64,000 nt of DNA. Source: Candidatus Melainabacteria bacterium (GTDB lineage Bacteria; Cyanobacteriota; Vampirovibrionia; Vampirovibrionales; JAJTHC01). Below are positions 10,053-20,038 of this stretch, in pieces (the first letter of the stretch is position 1; every line of letters starts with the position of its first letter). Below the pieces are notes generated by a model, which saw nothing but the letters and a program-made list of their open reading frames with translations, ran no database searches and was not told the origin of the DNA. The position numbers and the translations under genes were made by a program. The stretch spans positions 9,046 through 73,045 of the forward strand of contig JANRKP010000007.1 in assembly GCA_033763415.1 (NCBI GenBank), written 5' to 3'.

Positions 10053-10850
10053 CTAACCATTCCCCGCGGGTTGCTTTTTGGCTAAGGATTGAAACGCTTC
10101 GAGAAACTCCAGGGGAATGGGCATAACAATGGTGGTGCTCTGGCTTTCCGCGCTCATTTCCGTCATGGTTTGTAAATAGCGCATTTGTAAAGACATGGGC
10201 TGAGTTGCCATGGTTTGAGCCGCCAGCGTGAGTTTCTCCGCCGCCTGGAACTCGCCTTCGGCAGAAATAATTTTAGCGCGACGCTCCCGTTCGGCCTCGG
10301 CCTGACGGGCCATGGCGCGTTGCATATCGGCCGGTAAATCCACGTGTTTAATTTCCACGTTAGAGACCTTAATGCCCCACGGGTCCGTTTGAATGTCTAA
10401 AATCTCTTGCACCCGATGGCTAATTTCTTCGCGCGAGGCCAGCAGGCCATCCAGTTCCGCCTCGCCCACAATGCTGCGCAGGGTGGTTTGCGCCATTTGC
10501 GAAGTGGCGTAGCTGTAGTTCTCGATTTCCATAACCGCCTTAATGGGGTCCACCACGCGGTAGTACACCACGGCATTTACCTTAATGGAAACGTTGTCCC
10601 GCGTAATGACATCCTGTGGAGGAACATCGAGTGTAACGGTGCGCAAATCCACCTTCACCAAGCGGTCAATTAATCCAGGCGCAATTAAAAGCTGAATCCC
10701 CGGTCCCAAGGGCTTGCGGATCAATCGTCCCAAGCGAAACACCACCCCGCGTTCGTACTCATTAATAATCCGAATCCAACTAATGAGTACAAACAGCACA
10801 AAAACCGTAGCGGGCATTAAAACAAAAAGCCCGGAAAATAAAGGATTCAT
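10053..10850 (-). CDS. SPFH/band-7 domain protein (stomatin/prohibitin/HflKC-like), membrane-anchored.
   Basis: N-terminal hydrophobic helix ([22 protein letters not shown]) followed by an SPFH core ([12 protein letters not shown] ... [35 protein letters not shown]) and a coiled-coil [19 protein letters not shown]. The internal Met start is preceded by GGGGAGCGAG. No nfeD partner seen. Confidence 0.8.
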   Translation of the reverse strand: MNPLFSGLFVLMPATVFVLFVLISWIRIINEYERGVVFRLGRLIRKPLGPGIQLLIAPGLIDRLVKVDLRTVTLDVPPQDVITRDNVSIKVNAVVYYRVVDPIKAVMEIENYSYATSQMAQTTLRSIVGEAELDGLLASREEISHRVQEILDIQTDPWGIKVSNVEIKHVDLPADMQRAMARQAEAERERRAKIISAEGEFQAAEKLTLAAQTMATQPMSLQMRYLQTMTEMSAESQSTTIVMPIPLEFLEAFQSLAKKQPAGNG

Positions 10851-11203
10851 CTCGCCAACTCGCTCCCCAGCACCCGATAGATAGAACCTTTTACCAAAAA
10901 AGGATTCGATCATCTTACAACACGTTACTGGTTTATTGTACCAAAGCCATGGTTTCGCTACGCAAAAAAAGCGGACGCATCACCGGTATTTTCAGCAGCC
11001 CACCAAGCCACTACAGCCTGCACCAAAAAGCCGCCCCCCCCCCCCTACGGTTCTGTGTGGCAGTGTTATGTCACACGGGTCTGTCCCACACTGAGGGAGG
11101 GGTCGGCTTCTGGATTTGCTTCTGTCCTGGTTCGTTCATCATCGGGCTTAAACAAAGCGGGCCAGCAATCACCAGAACGAGTAGCTATTTTCTTGGCTGC
11201 TGG

Positions 11204-12190
11204 TTAGTCCTCGGTTTCCTCCGGGTTCGTTGTGGCCTGTGGCTGCGCGTTGGCAGAGGCTGGCTGAACTTCGGGTGGACGCTCCGCCTGGCTGGCACCC
11301 ACTTCCAAGGCTTTGCCGGTTTTCACCTCATTGCCACTGGCATCGGTTGCAGAGGTAATTTTAATTTCCGCCGTGGGTGTGGGCACGGTGGCAGTACCGG
11401 AAACGCCACTGGACTGAACAGATGCCTCCGTGGTGTCAATTTCTGGCGTGCTCTCCTGGTAGCTGGCAGCATCCCACTTGCCTTGCTGGAGCACCTGTGC
11501 GCCATCACCACGGTCCTGGTACACGGTGTAGGTACCGTTGTTACGGCGGTAAATTTCCGTGGTCCGTACGCCATCCACCTCGCGCGTCATAATAATGTTG
11601 TCGCCTATTGCAGAGGCATCGTGCTCACCAATCCGCACAGTTCTGGCCGTGCGAGAGTCGTGACCCTCGTTGTTATAGTTCAACACCACGTTGGCCCCGT
11701 TTACTTTGGTGGCCGTAATTTCATTCGCACCAGTGCCATCACCCGTGTTAACAGAGGCCTGGGTTTGGTCCACCTCGGTTACCTTGCTGTCGCGCGGCAC
11801 TTCACGAAGGGCATCGGAAAACACGGAACGTTCCACCCCTTGCGGTAGATTGACCGAGGCAATTTGGTTATCCTTCACCTGGCCTTCAAACGCCAAGCTG
11901 GTGTTGTTGCCACCGGCACCTTCGTTAAACAACGAGTAGCCAAAACGATGGACATCAAACTGGCCCGTCTTGGGGTCGTATACCGTAAACGTGTTACGAT
12001 CGCCCTGGTTGCGGTAAATATGGTACTCTCGCCCGCCTTGGGTTACGGCAAAGCCTTCGCCACGGAACGGACCGTTTTGCTCGGTTAGCCGCTTGGCGTT
12101 AGGGTCTTCCTGGGCGCGGTTGTACCAGTCCTGAAGATCTCTTCCGCGCCAGCGAATATCATTGGTGCCAGTGTACGTATTTCCAGGCAT
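11204..12190 (-). CDS. Hypothetical protein (328 aa). The N-terminal domain is of unknown function; the C-terminus is Thr/Ala/Pro-rich low complexity.
   Basis: Strong RBS GGGAGGAG immediately upstream of the ATG (MPGNTYTGTNDIRWRG...). No signal peptide. The plus-strand ORF 10949..11848 overlapping it is judged a shadow ORF. Confidence 0.6.
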   Translation of the reverse strand: MPGNTYTGTNDIRWRGRDLQDWYNRAQEDPNAKRLTEQNGPFRGEGFAVTQGGREYHIYRNQGDRNTFTVYDPKTGQFDVHRFGYSLFNEGAGGNNTSLAFEGQVKDNQIASVNLPQGVERSVFSDALREVPRDSKVTEVDQTQASVNTGDGTGANEITATKVNGANVVLNYNNEGHDSRTARTVRIGEHDASAIGDNIIMTREVDGVRTTEIYRRNNGTYTVYQDRGDGAQVLQQGKWDAASYQESTPEIDTTEASVQSSGVSGTATVPTPTAEIKITSATDASGNEVKTGKALEVGASQAERPPEVQPASANAQPQATTNPEETED

Positions 12191-12257
12191 GGGTAAAAAC
12201 TCCTCCCAATCGAGCGTGTTTACTTAGCCCGCATCGTCTTTCGCGGAGCCAAGCAGG

Positions 12258-12290
12258 CATAGGGTTTAGGGTCTAGGGTTTAGGGTCTAT
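12258..12290. repeat. Tandem heptamer array TAGGGTT-TAGGGTC-TAGGGTT-TAGGGTC (telomere-like, G-tract rich).
   Basis: Read directly in the divergent promoter region between 11204..12190 (minus) and 12669..14177 (plus). Confidence 0.6.
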
Positions 12291-12668
12291 CGGGTAAAAT
12301 GGGTGCTACTGCGCATCGCGCCAATTAAAATCAAAGCCAATGCTACTGTTGGTCTTCACGGCTTTGTTTTGGCCGATACTATCTGCATTCATTTCAAAAG
12401 GTTCAACACAGTCGCGTGCATTCCAAGGGTATAAAGTTTTGTTTGTTTCCCTTAGTGCTACGGTTAACAATGGTTTAAGAATTCACCCTTCCTGGGCGGT
12501 CGGGGGTCGGGGGGTCACAAGTAACAGTTCGTAACAAGAGAGGCAAGCGAGCCCTTTAAATTGTTTTTATATTTTTATATTGCTTACGATAATACCCCCT
12601 TCAATTAACTAACACACATTGGTTGCTATGGAAGTTCCAAGAGAGTTCACTTGGGAGGAAGGATTGTT

Positions 12669-14177
12669 ATGGGAACTGGAATGAACAGCCGTGCGATTCA
12701 GGGCGATTTATACGGCCTGGCACGACAAAATACCCTCGAAGGCCTGATGAATAATTTATCCATTGGCGGGTCCGCACGGCGCGGCAGCGAATGGGAACAA
12801 ATTGGCAATGGCTACAACATTGCCAATGTTCAAAACCGATTTAACGGCAACGGCTGGCAAATTAGTAACGCCAGCGATGGATACAACCAGTTTGGTAGCG
12901 ATGTATTTGGACGCTACGGCAACTTGTATCAACAAAGCAGTTTTGCAAACGTGCTTGGCACCAACCAGTTTGGTGGAGACGCCATGCAGATTGGCCCGTG
13001 GAACTGGGCTGGTTTTGACCAAGCCGGTGCCAATGGCGACCTTTACCAAGAAGGCCTGCTGAATGGCGCCTACACGGTCAACAACTTTAATGGCGAGGCC
13101 ACCCAGTATGGCCTGCTGAACGATTTTAGCGTCTATGGCGATTTTGATGGCAGCTATTACGGAGAATCTACCGGGCTGAACAATTTTTACACAGGCGGCA
13201 ATTTCCAAAATAACGGGCAGGCCAGCCTGATTGGACCCAGCAACGTGTTTGGCATTGGCGGCAATTTGCTCCAAAACCTGCACCAAACCGGCGGTAGCCG
13301 TAACGAAGCCGCGCTAAACCTGGCGGGCATTTACGGCAACGTGGATGGAAACCTGATTCAAGACGGCATTAACCCGGACTACTACAACCTGCAAAAATTA
13401 AACGCCAGCGGCATTTGGGGCAACCTCAACGGTAACGCCACGCTGGGCGGAGAAAATATGGTTAACCTGTTTGGGGTTGGCGGGGATATCTCTGGAAACG
13501 CCCGACTGGGCGGCACGGGGAACCTCAACCTGGGCTATGTTGGCGGCAATCTGGGGGGCAACCTTCGGTTCAGCGGCAACGACAACCTCAACCTGCTTTC
13601 CGTAGGTGGCAACGTTCCACAGGCAACGCTCAACGGCAGCAACAACCTCCATTGGCTGTCGGCGGGTAGCATCGATCAACTCAACGCCCGTGGCAATGGA
13701 AACATCGGCAGTGTTTGGTCTACCGATGATATTTTCAACACCACCATTAGCGGCAACGGCAACACGTACGATATTAGTACCGGCGGCGCGCTGCGAGATG
13801 TGCAATTAAACGCACAAAACAGCAATGTATCCCTAACGGAATACAACGTATGGCCCGGCACGCAGGACAGCAACGCCTACCTGTACGGCAACAACAACAC
13901 CGTTGCCTACAACAGCTATGGCAATACCAACAACAACTACTACTTAGGTGACAACCAGTACACCCAAATTAACGATGCCGGCGGCGACAACGCCTACTAT
14001 GTGCAAGACGCCACGGGCACCATTTACATTAACGATGCGGGTGGCGCCGGGGTGTTGCACGCCGATGGACTGCGCACCTTTACCCGGAGCGATGGAACGG
14101 TCATTGCCTGGTCTCCCATTGGCAACCAAGGCCCAATGACCTTTGTACGAGCCACTGGCGTGACACTGAACCAGTAA
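12669..14177 (+). CDS. Asn/Gly/Gln-rich repeat protein, beta-solenoid or curlin-repeat-like (503 aa).
   Basis: GGGAGGAAGG RBS, then ATG (MGTGMNSRAIQ...). Dozens of degenerate repeats of the type N-x-x-N-V-x-Q-x-G-x-x-N / GGNL-x-GN. About 20% Asn and 17% Gly. No signal peptide. Confidence 0.6.
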   Translation: MGTGMNSRAIQGDLYGLARQNTLEGLMNNLSIGGSARRGSEWEQIGNGYNIANVQNRFNGNGWQISNASDGYNQFGSDVFGRYGNLYQQSSFANVLGTNQFGGDAMQIGPWNWAGFDQAGANGDLYQEGLLNGAYTVNNFNGEATQYGLLNDFSVYGDFDGSYYGESTGLNNFYTGGNFQNNGQASLIGPSNVFGIGGNLLQNLHQTGGSRNEAALNLAGIYGNVDGNLIQDGINPDYYNLQKLNASGIWGNLNGNATLGGENMVNLFGVGGDISGNARLGGTGNLNLGYVGGNLGGNLRFSGNDNLNLLSVGGNVPQATLNGSNNLHWLSAGSIDQLNARGNGNIGSVWSTDDIFNTTISGNGNTYDISTGGALRDVQLNAQNSNVSLTEYNVWPGTQDSNAYLYGNNNTVAYNSYGNTNNNYYLGDNQYTQINDAGGDNAYYVQDATGTIYINDAGGAGVLHADGLRTFTRSDGTVIAWSPIGNQGPMTFVRATGVTLNQ

Positions 14178-14325
14178 TGGCAAAGAGCCACGCAGAGTAA
14201 CACTGCATCTTCCATTAACCGGAATGAACATAACCGGAATGAGCATAAACAGGGCCGAACGTAAGCCGGTCCAATCCTCTCGGCAAACTTTCTAATACCC
14301 GAACAATTCTTAAAAAAGCGAAAAT

Positions 14326-14368
14326 AGGCGATAGACTGCAACCGCGCAATCTATCGCCTTCTTTTATG
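14326..14368. terminator. Putative bidirectional rho-independent terminator between two convergent genes.
   Basis: Perfect 10-bp inverted repeat AGGCGATAGA...TCTATCGCCT with a 14-nt loop, followed by TCTTTTAT on the plus strand. Confidence 0.45.
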
Positions 14369-14418
14369 GGCCGTAAAAACGGAAACAAACTGGCCAAACA
14401 ACCTCTAACCCAAAAGGG

Positions 14419-14904
14419 TTAGCCCAGGCTAAACGGATTGGAACCTCTTGCCAGAGCCTCCGTACTCCAGGGATCCGGGCTGCTGCCACGGGGCTGAATG
14501 GAATTGTTGGCAGGCCCAAACACCCGCTGCCACGGGGTGGTTGCGTTGTTGGCGTCTGTTGCAGCAGGTTCGGCCAGTGCAAACGGATTGGATCGGTTAT
14601 CGGTGCCAGTGGTCGGGGTGGTTGCACGCCAACTTTGCGAGGCGGTTGGCGGACTGAGTGGGCCGGTCACCGAGGATTGGTTGGCGTTTGGTCTCAGCAC
14701 CTCGGTGCTGGTCAGCCAACTTTCCAGCCCCGTGTTGCCAGGCAACGGATCGAGCCGGGCCGGAAATGGATTGACCCCCGCAAAGGGATCGACGGGCGAG
14801 CCTTGCGGCAACCGCTCAGGCTTGGTTTGTGCTTGCCAATGATTTCCGTAAACGTGCGTGGCACTGGATGGCGCCAACGCAGGTCGGCTGAGCCAATCAC
14901 TCAT
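14419..14904 (-). CDS. Hypothetical low-complexity protein with repeated NPF/DPF/DPW motifs (161 aa).
   Basis: ORF with GGGAGAAAGAG upstream. Composition is Pro/Ser/Thr/Asn-rich and looks intrinsically disordered. Convergent with 12669..14177. Confidence 0.45.
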   Translation of the reverse strand: MSDWLSRPALAPSSATHVYGNHWQAQTKPERLPQGSPVDPFAGVNPFPARLDPLPGNTGLESWLTSTEVLRPNANQSSVTGPLSPPTASQSWRATTPTTGTDNRSNPFALAEPAATDANNATTPWQRVFGPANNSIQPRGSSPDPWSTEALARGSNPFSLG

Positions 14905-15301
14905 ACGAGAACTCTTTCTCCCTGGATGCCAAACATCTCAAACTGGTGCTATGCGATCGAAACCTTGAATCAGAAAAAACAGAGGGCTGAAGCAATAAAA
15001 AATGAGAACTGAACCAACGATCCCAAGATAAGCAAGAATTAAGATCGTGTCTGATGATCGTGCCTATGGATAAAACCCCGCTTTTTTTAATTCGGAACCC
15101 AAACAGACCCCCGCTGCGCTTAATTTAATGATTTATTCCACTTGTGTTAAAAGCCCATTGCGTTGAAGCCCCTTCAGCGCCGGGCAACGAAAGCCTGTTT
15201 TTTCAAAAATGCATTGTCGTCAAGGCCGCGTTGTACCATAATGGAGCCATTCCGTTTTTGTTTTAAGTTAGCTAGCAAAAGACAGACAGGCGCTTGGCAC
15301 C

Positions 15302-17506
15302 ATGCTTGAATCCTCCGCATCCTCGAACACCCACTGTTACCTGCTGGAAGTTGGCACCGAAGAACTGCCAGCCAGCTTCCTATCCACAGCGCCCGAAGAG
15401 CTTCAGGAAAAAGTACAAAAATTTCTGGCAGAAGCGCATTTGCTCTCCAACAAAGTATCCCTCCAGCCGGAAGTGACCATCTACAGCACGCCGCGACGGT
15501 TGGCCATTGCCATTCACCATCTGCCCGAGCGGCAACCCGACAGCCTGTTAATGCTGAAAGGCCCACCCGTTTCCGTAGGGCTGGATGCCAACGGCACGCC
15601 CACGGCAGCCGCCCACGGGTTTGCCAAGAAAAACAATATTTCCGCGGAGCAGCTTCGTCCTTTGACGATTGAAGGCACCGACTACCTGGTTTACGAACAA
15701 CAGCAACCCGGCCGCGCCACACCCGAATTACTGGCGGAAGCGCTTCCCGAGTTAGTTTTGAGCCTGACCGGATCGCACTTTATGCGCTGGGGTAACACGC
15801 AAGCCCGTTTTTCCAGGCCCATCCGCTGGATTGTCTCTCTCTGGAACGAGCAGCACATTCCCGTTTCCATCGAGCATATTCAATCCGGGACCGTTAGCTA
15901 TGGTCATCGGGTACTGGCCGGTCCGTCGGCGCTTTCCATTCCATCGGCAAGCAGTTACGCCCAGGTGCTGGAGCAGCACGGTTTCGTACTGGTAGACCCT
16001 GCACGCCGAAAGGCGGCCATTTTGGAGGCCCTTCAGCAGGCAGCCGCCCGTCTGAATGGCGAGTCCCGGCCCGATGCCGACTTGTTGGAAACCGTTACCC
16101 ACCTGGTGGAATGGCCTTCGGTGGTGGTAGGCCATTTTGATGAACGCTACCTGGAACTACCGCCTGCGGTGCTCTCTACCGTAATGGCGGCACACCAAAA
16201 GTACTTTTCGATTTATAAAACAAACGAAAGCAGCCTGTTGCCAAACTTTCTAGTGGTGTCTAACGGTAAGACGGCAGTGGCGGCGGAAACCATTCGGGCC
16301 GGAAATGAGCGCGTGCTCAGGGCCCGCTTTGAAGATGCCCGCTTCTTTTTTGAAGAGGATCGCAAACAGACCCTGGAAGCCCGGGTGGACGCGCTCAAAG
16401 GCATTACCTTCCAAAAAGGGCTGGGAAGCCTGTACGACAAAACCCAGCGGCTTATTCCGCTGGCAGAAGCCATTGCCAACGACCTCTGTCGGTCAGATTC
16501 CGCTTTGAGTGCAGCGATTATTGACCACGCCAAACGGGCTGCCTTGTTGAGTAAAACCGATCTGGTGACCCGCATGGTCTATGAGCTGACGGAACTCCAG
16601 GGAGAAGTGGGGCAACGATACGCCGAACTGGACGGAGAGCCCGAGGAAGTTGCCCAAGCCATTGCGGACCATTACTTCCCCCGCTACAGTGGCGCGCCCT
16701 CTCCCACCCAACCGGTAAGCCGCGCACTAAGCCTGGCGGACAAGGCGGATACCCTGGTTGCCGTTTTCAGCCAGCAGGACGCCAAACTACCCACCGGCTC
16801 CAAAGATCCGCTGGGGTTACGTCGCCTGGGTGTAGGCGCACTGGTTGAGCTAATGGACACACCGCTTAGTTGGCATCGTATTTTAGAGCAAGCCTATCAA
16901 GGATTAGGCACCCTGGCACAATGCGACTGGCCCACAACCCAGGCCCGGTGCGACAGCTTTTTGCGTCAGCGTATGGAAAACGCGCTCCACTGGGTGGGCG
17001 GCTTAGAGACGACCCCCCACGAGATAGAAGCCGTTATGGATGCAGGCAACCCGTTTGAAAATCTGAAGCAGTTTTACGAACGGCTTCGTAAGCTATCGCA
17101 ACTGACTGCCACGGAAAGCTTTCACAAAATTTATCCGGCGGCCAATCGGGTGGATCGGATTTTGGCAGGCCGAACGCAGCCACTGGATGTGTTAGACAAC
17201 GTGGATGTTTCTCTGCTTCAACACGGCAGCGAACACGATTTGCTCAACGTGCTGTTGGCCATGCGCAGCCAGCCACCGGTCCATTGGTCCGACCCGGCTT
17301 CAGTCGATCAGTTGTTGCGCAATATGGAAGCACTCTCCCCTTGGGTGAATGCGCTGTTTGAGCACGTGATGGTCAACGACCCCGATGTGGCCGTAAAAGC
17401 CAACCGGGTGGAGTTACTTTCGGTGGTCAATGGTTATTACTATCAACTGGCACGATTTTCCAAGCTGATAGCCCCTGTAGAGTTGGCTGAAATGGCGACC
17501 CGCTAA
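15302..17506 (+). CDS. glyS: Glycine--tRNA ligase beta subunit.
   Basis: Full-length match to the GlyS architecture: N-terminal YLLEVGTEELPASF, a central catalytic region and a C-terminal anticodon-binding region. 734 aa. No glyQ in the window. Confidence 0.9.
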   Translation: MLESSASSNTHCYLLEVGTEELPASFLSTAPEELQEKVQKFLAEAHLLSNKVSLQPEVTIYSTPRRLAIAIHHLPERQPDSLLMLKGPPVSVGLDANGTPTAAAHGFAKKNNISAEQLRPLTIEGTDYLVYEQQQPGRATPELLAEALPELVLSLTGSHFMRWGNTQARFSRPIRWIVSLWNEQHIPVSIEHIQSGTVSYGHRVLAGPSALSIPSASSYAQVLEQHGFVLVDPARRKAAILEALQQAAARLNGESRPDADLLETVTHLVEWPSVVVGHFDERYLELPPAVLSTVMAAHQKYFSIYKTNESSLLPNFLVVSNGKTAVAAETIRAGNERVLRARFEDARFFFEEDRKQTLEARVDALKGITFQKGLGSLYDKTQRLIPLAEAIANDLCRSDSALSAAIIDHAKRAALLSKTDLVTRMVYELTELQGEVGQRYAELDGEPEEVAQAIADHYFPRYSGAPSPTQPVSRALSLADKADTLVAVFSQQDAKLPTGSKDPLGLRRLGVGALVELMDTPLSWHRILEQAYQGLGTLAQCDWPTTQARCDSFLRQRMENALHWVGGLETTPHEIEAVMDAGNPFENLKQFYERLRKLSQLTATESFHKIYPAANRVDRILAGRTQPLDVLDNVDVSLLQHGSEHDLLNVLLAMRSQPPVHWSDPASVDQLLRNMEALSPWVNALFEHVMVNDPDVAVKANRVELLSVVNGYYYQLARFSKLIAPVELAEMATR

Positions 17507-17508
17507 GT

Positions 17509-19626
17509 ATGCGACCGTTTCAACTGCCGGTGGATGTGCCCCGGAAATCCGAAATTGTTCAAAACCGCATTGGGTTTATCATCGTTCTGTGCATTCTGGC
17601 CGTTATGGTCTTTCTGCTGTTTTTGCTCTCGGTTAACGTGGGGTTTTTGCTGGCCAAAGGCGCCGCCGCACTGCCGGATATTCGGCTGCTGGAAAACTGG
17701 CGTCCCAACGAAAGTACGCGCATCTACGATCGATACGGCTCTTTGGTGGCCAACATTCACGGAGACGAAGACCGCGTTGTGGTTCGCCTGAGCCAGATTT
17801 CGCCAAACGTTCAGCGGGCCGTGATGGCCATTGAAGACAACCGGTTTTATCAGCACAACGGCGTCGATTTTCGCGGAACGTTTCGGGCGCTGATTCAAAA
17901 CGCACGCGGCGGGGACGTTCAGGGCGGCAGCACCCTGACCCAGCAGTTGATTAAAAACCTCTTTCTCACCCCGGAGCGCTCCATTGGCCGTAAACTGGCC
18001 GAAGCGCTACTGGCCATGCGGGTGGAAAGCTACTACAGCAAAAATACCATTCTGGAAATGTACCTGAACCAGGTGTATTGGGGCAACCAGGCCTATGGCA
18101 TTGAAAAAGCCGCCCGTCGTTACTTTAAAAAGCCCGCCGCCGATTTAACCATTGCCGAATCGGCCATGCTGGCAGGCCTTTTAAAGGCACCCGAAGGCTT
18201 GTCTCCATTCGCCTATCCGCAGCGTTCGCGCGAGCGCCAGCAGGAAGTGCTCAACAGTATGGTGAAATACGGCTACATTACCGAAGAACAACGCCGGGCC
18301 GCCGCCAAAGAGGAACTCAGCTTTAACGATCGAACGCCCAAGCCTTCTAAGTACCCGTATTTCGTTACTTACGTCATTCAGGACTTAATTCAAACCTTCA
18401 ACCGGGCCGGACAAAATGGCGAAGATCTCGTGCGGCGTGGCGGCTTGGAAGTGTTCACCACTGTTGATCCGCAGGTGCAGGAGGCCGCAGAAAAGGCGTT
18501 ACTGAGTTCCATTAACAGCTTGCCCAAGTACTCAATGGTGACGCAAGGGGCGCTGGTGGCCATTGATGTGAAGACCGGCAACATTTTGGCCATGGTCGGG
18601 GGTAAGGACTTTCAGAAAAGTCAGTTCAATAACGTCACCCAGGCGCGCCGGGCCGCAGGCTCCACATTTAAGCCAGTGGTTTACCTCACGGGCTTTCGGA
18701 TGGGGATTATCACACCACAGTCGATTATCTCGGACCGACCCGTTTACTTTAACACCGGCTATAGCGTGTGGACGCCCAAAAACTGGGACGGCCGATTTAT
18801 GGGGCCCATGACCGTTCGGCAGGCCTTGGCGCTGTCTCGCAACACCACCACTGTTCAGGTGGGTATGAAGGTTGGCATTAAAGAGGTGATTGAAACCGCC
18901 AAACTCGCAGGCATTACCTCGCCAATTGATCCCAATTTTTCCAGTTTGCTGGGTTCTTCCGGTATTTCTCCCTTAGAGATGGCCACGGTTTACAGTACGT
19001 TTGCCCGCGGCGGTATGAGCCTGACGCCCACTGGCGTGCAGCGGGTGGAAAATACCCGTGGCGAGCCGGTAGAACTGCGCCGAGGCGCGGCCAAACAGGT
19101 GTTTGACTCTGAAGACGTCTGGAACCTGGTTTCCATTTTGGTGGATGTGGTTGAAAAAGGCACGGGTAAAAGCGCACAACTGCCCAAACGCCAGGTGGCG
19201 GGCAAAACCGGCACCACCGATAAAGTAAGAGACATTTGGTTTGCGGGCTTTACACCGGATATGGTTTGCGTGGTGTGGATGGGCAACGAAAAGTATGTCC
19301 CTCTCCGTGGGGTGTTTAGTTCCAACGCGGCCAAGGTATGGCACGATTTTGCAGACGCCTACTACCAGATTACCCGTATTCAGGCTTCGACGTTCCCGAC
19401 ACCGCAGGTAACAAAGGTCAGCAAGCAGATTATTGACGTTTCGCCCACCCGCCCGTCCCAACAGCGCGCGGCTGGCCAAAAGCGCCCGGACAGTGACTCT
19501 GGAAATTCCTCCCAGGGCGAGGCGACAAACAATACCAACGCTCCGGCGCCTCCGTCTTTACCCGCGCCCCCCATTGCGCCAGAGAGTATGGATCTGCCCC
19601 CGGTCCCCATTCCGCCCAGCAATTAG
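17509..19626 (+). CDS. Class A penicillin-binding protein (PBP1A-type bifunctional transglycosylase/transpeptidase).
   Basis: N-terminal TM helix. GT51 motifs (MAIEDNRFYQHNGVDFRG, GGSTLTQQL). Transpeptidase motifs (STFKP, SRN, KTGTT). Pro-rich C-terminal tail. Starts 2 nt after the glyS stop. Confidence 0.9.
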   Translation: MRPFQLPVDVPRKSEIVQNRIGFIIVLCILAVMVFLLFLLSVNVGFLLAKGAAALPDIRLLENWRPNESTRIYDRYGSLVANIHGDEDRVVVRLSQISPNVQRAVMAIEDNRFYQHNGVDFRGTFRALIQNARGGDVQGGSTLTQQLIKNLFLTPERSIGRKLAEALLAMRVESYYSKNTILEMYLNQVYWGNQAYGIEKAARRYFKKPAADLTIAESAMLAGLLKAPEGLSPFAYPQRSRERQQEVLNSMVKYGYITEEQRRAAAKEELSFNDRTPKPSKYPYFVTYVIQDLIQTFNRAGQNGEDLVRRGGLEVFTTVDPQVQEAAEKALLSSINSLPKYSMVTQGALVAIDVKTGNILAMVGGKDFQKSQFNNVTQARRAAGSTFKPVVYLTGFRMGIITPQSIISDRPVYFNTGYSVWTPKNWDGRFMGPMTVRQALALSRNTTTVQVGMKVGIKEVIETAKLAGITSPIDPNFSSLLGSSGISPLEMATVYSTFARGGMSLTPTGVQRVENTRGEPVELRRGAAKQVFDSEDVWNLVSILVDVVEKGTGKSAQLPKRQVAGKTGTTDKVRDIWFAGFTPDMVCVVWMGNEKYVPLRGVFSSNAAKVWHDFADAYYQITRIQASTFPTPQVTKVSKQIIDVSPTRPSQQRAAGQKRPDSDSGNSSQGEATNNTNAPAPPSLPAPPIAPESMDLPPVPIPPSN

Positions 19627-19804
19627 GGTAACGGTTCACGCACGCGCCTTGGCGGCTGAACCGCGTCCAGCTTCGCGATGGCAAACAATTTGCTTAATAC
19701 CAAGGTTGGACTGTTGAATGCCAGAGGGAGACCGTGGTATTGTAGCCGTTACGTTGCAAAATCGTTTACAACGTTTATTGAAAATTAAAAAACACTTTTT
19801 GTGT

Positions 19805-19888
19805 GCCGGTGTGGCGAAATGGTAGACGCATGCGACTCAAAATCGCACGGAGCAATCCATGTCAGTTCGAGTCTGACCACCGGTACCA
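19805..19888 (+). tRNA. tRNA-Leu (anticodon CAA).
   Basis: Cloverleaf folded by eye. Acceptor stem GCCGGTG/CACCGGT, U8, 3-bp D-stem, anticodon stem TGCGA/TCGCA with loop CTCAAAA, long 13-nt variable arm (class II), T-arm GTCAG-TTCGAGT-CTGAC. Encoded CCA, followed by a T-run. Coordinates +/-2 nt. Confidence 0.85.
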
Positions 19889-20038
19889 TTTTTATTTTTA
19901 GGTTGGCTTACAAAAAATTGATGGAAACCCTGAGGAACATCGCATAACCCAGGCTTCGGCTTCTGTGCGAACGTATCAAAACATTCAGCACCACCCTACA
20001 GGCACTTGGGGTGTTGTGGTGGTGGGTATGGGGCGGGG

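Noticed and set aside
10949-11848. 299-aa plus-strand ORF
   Set aside because: It lies fully antisense to the RBS-supported 11204..12190 gene. The composition (Gly/Arg/Cys/Trp-rich) is typical of a high-GC shadow frame.
18973-19479. 168-aa minus-strand ORF inside the PBP1A gene
   Set aside because: Antisense shadow ORF.
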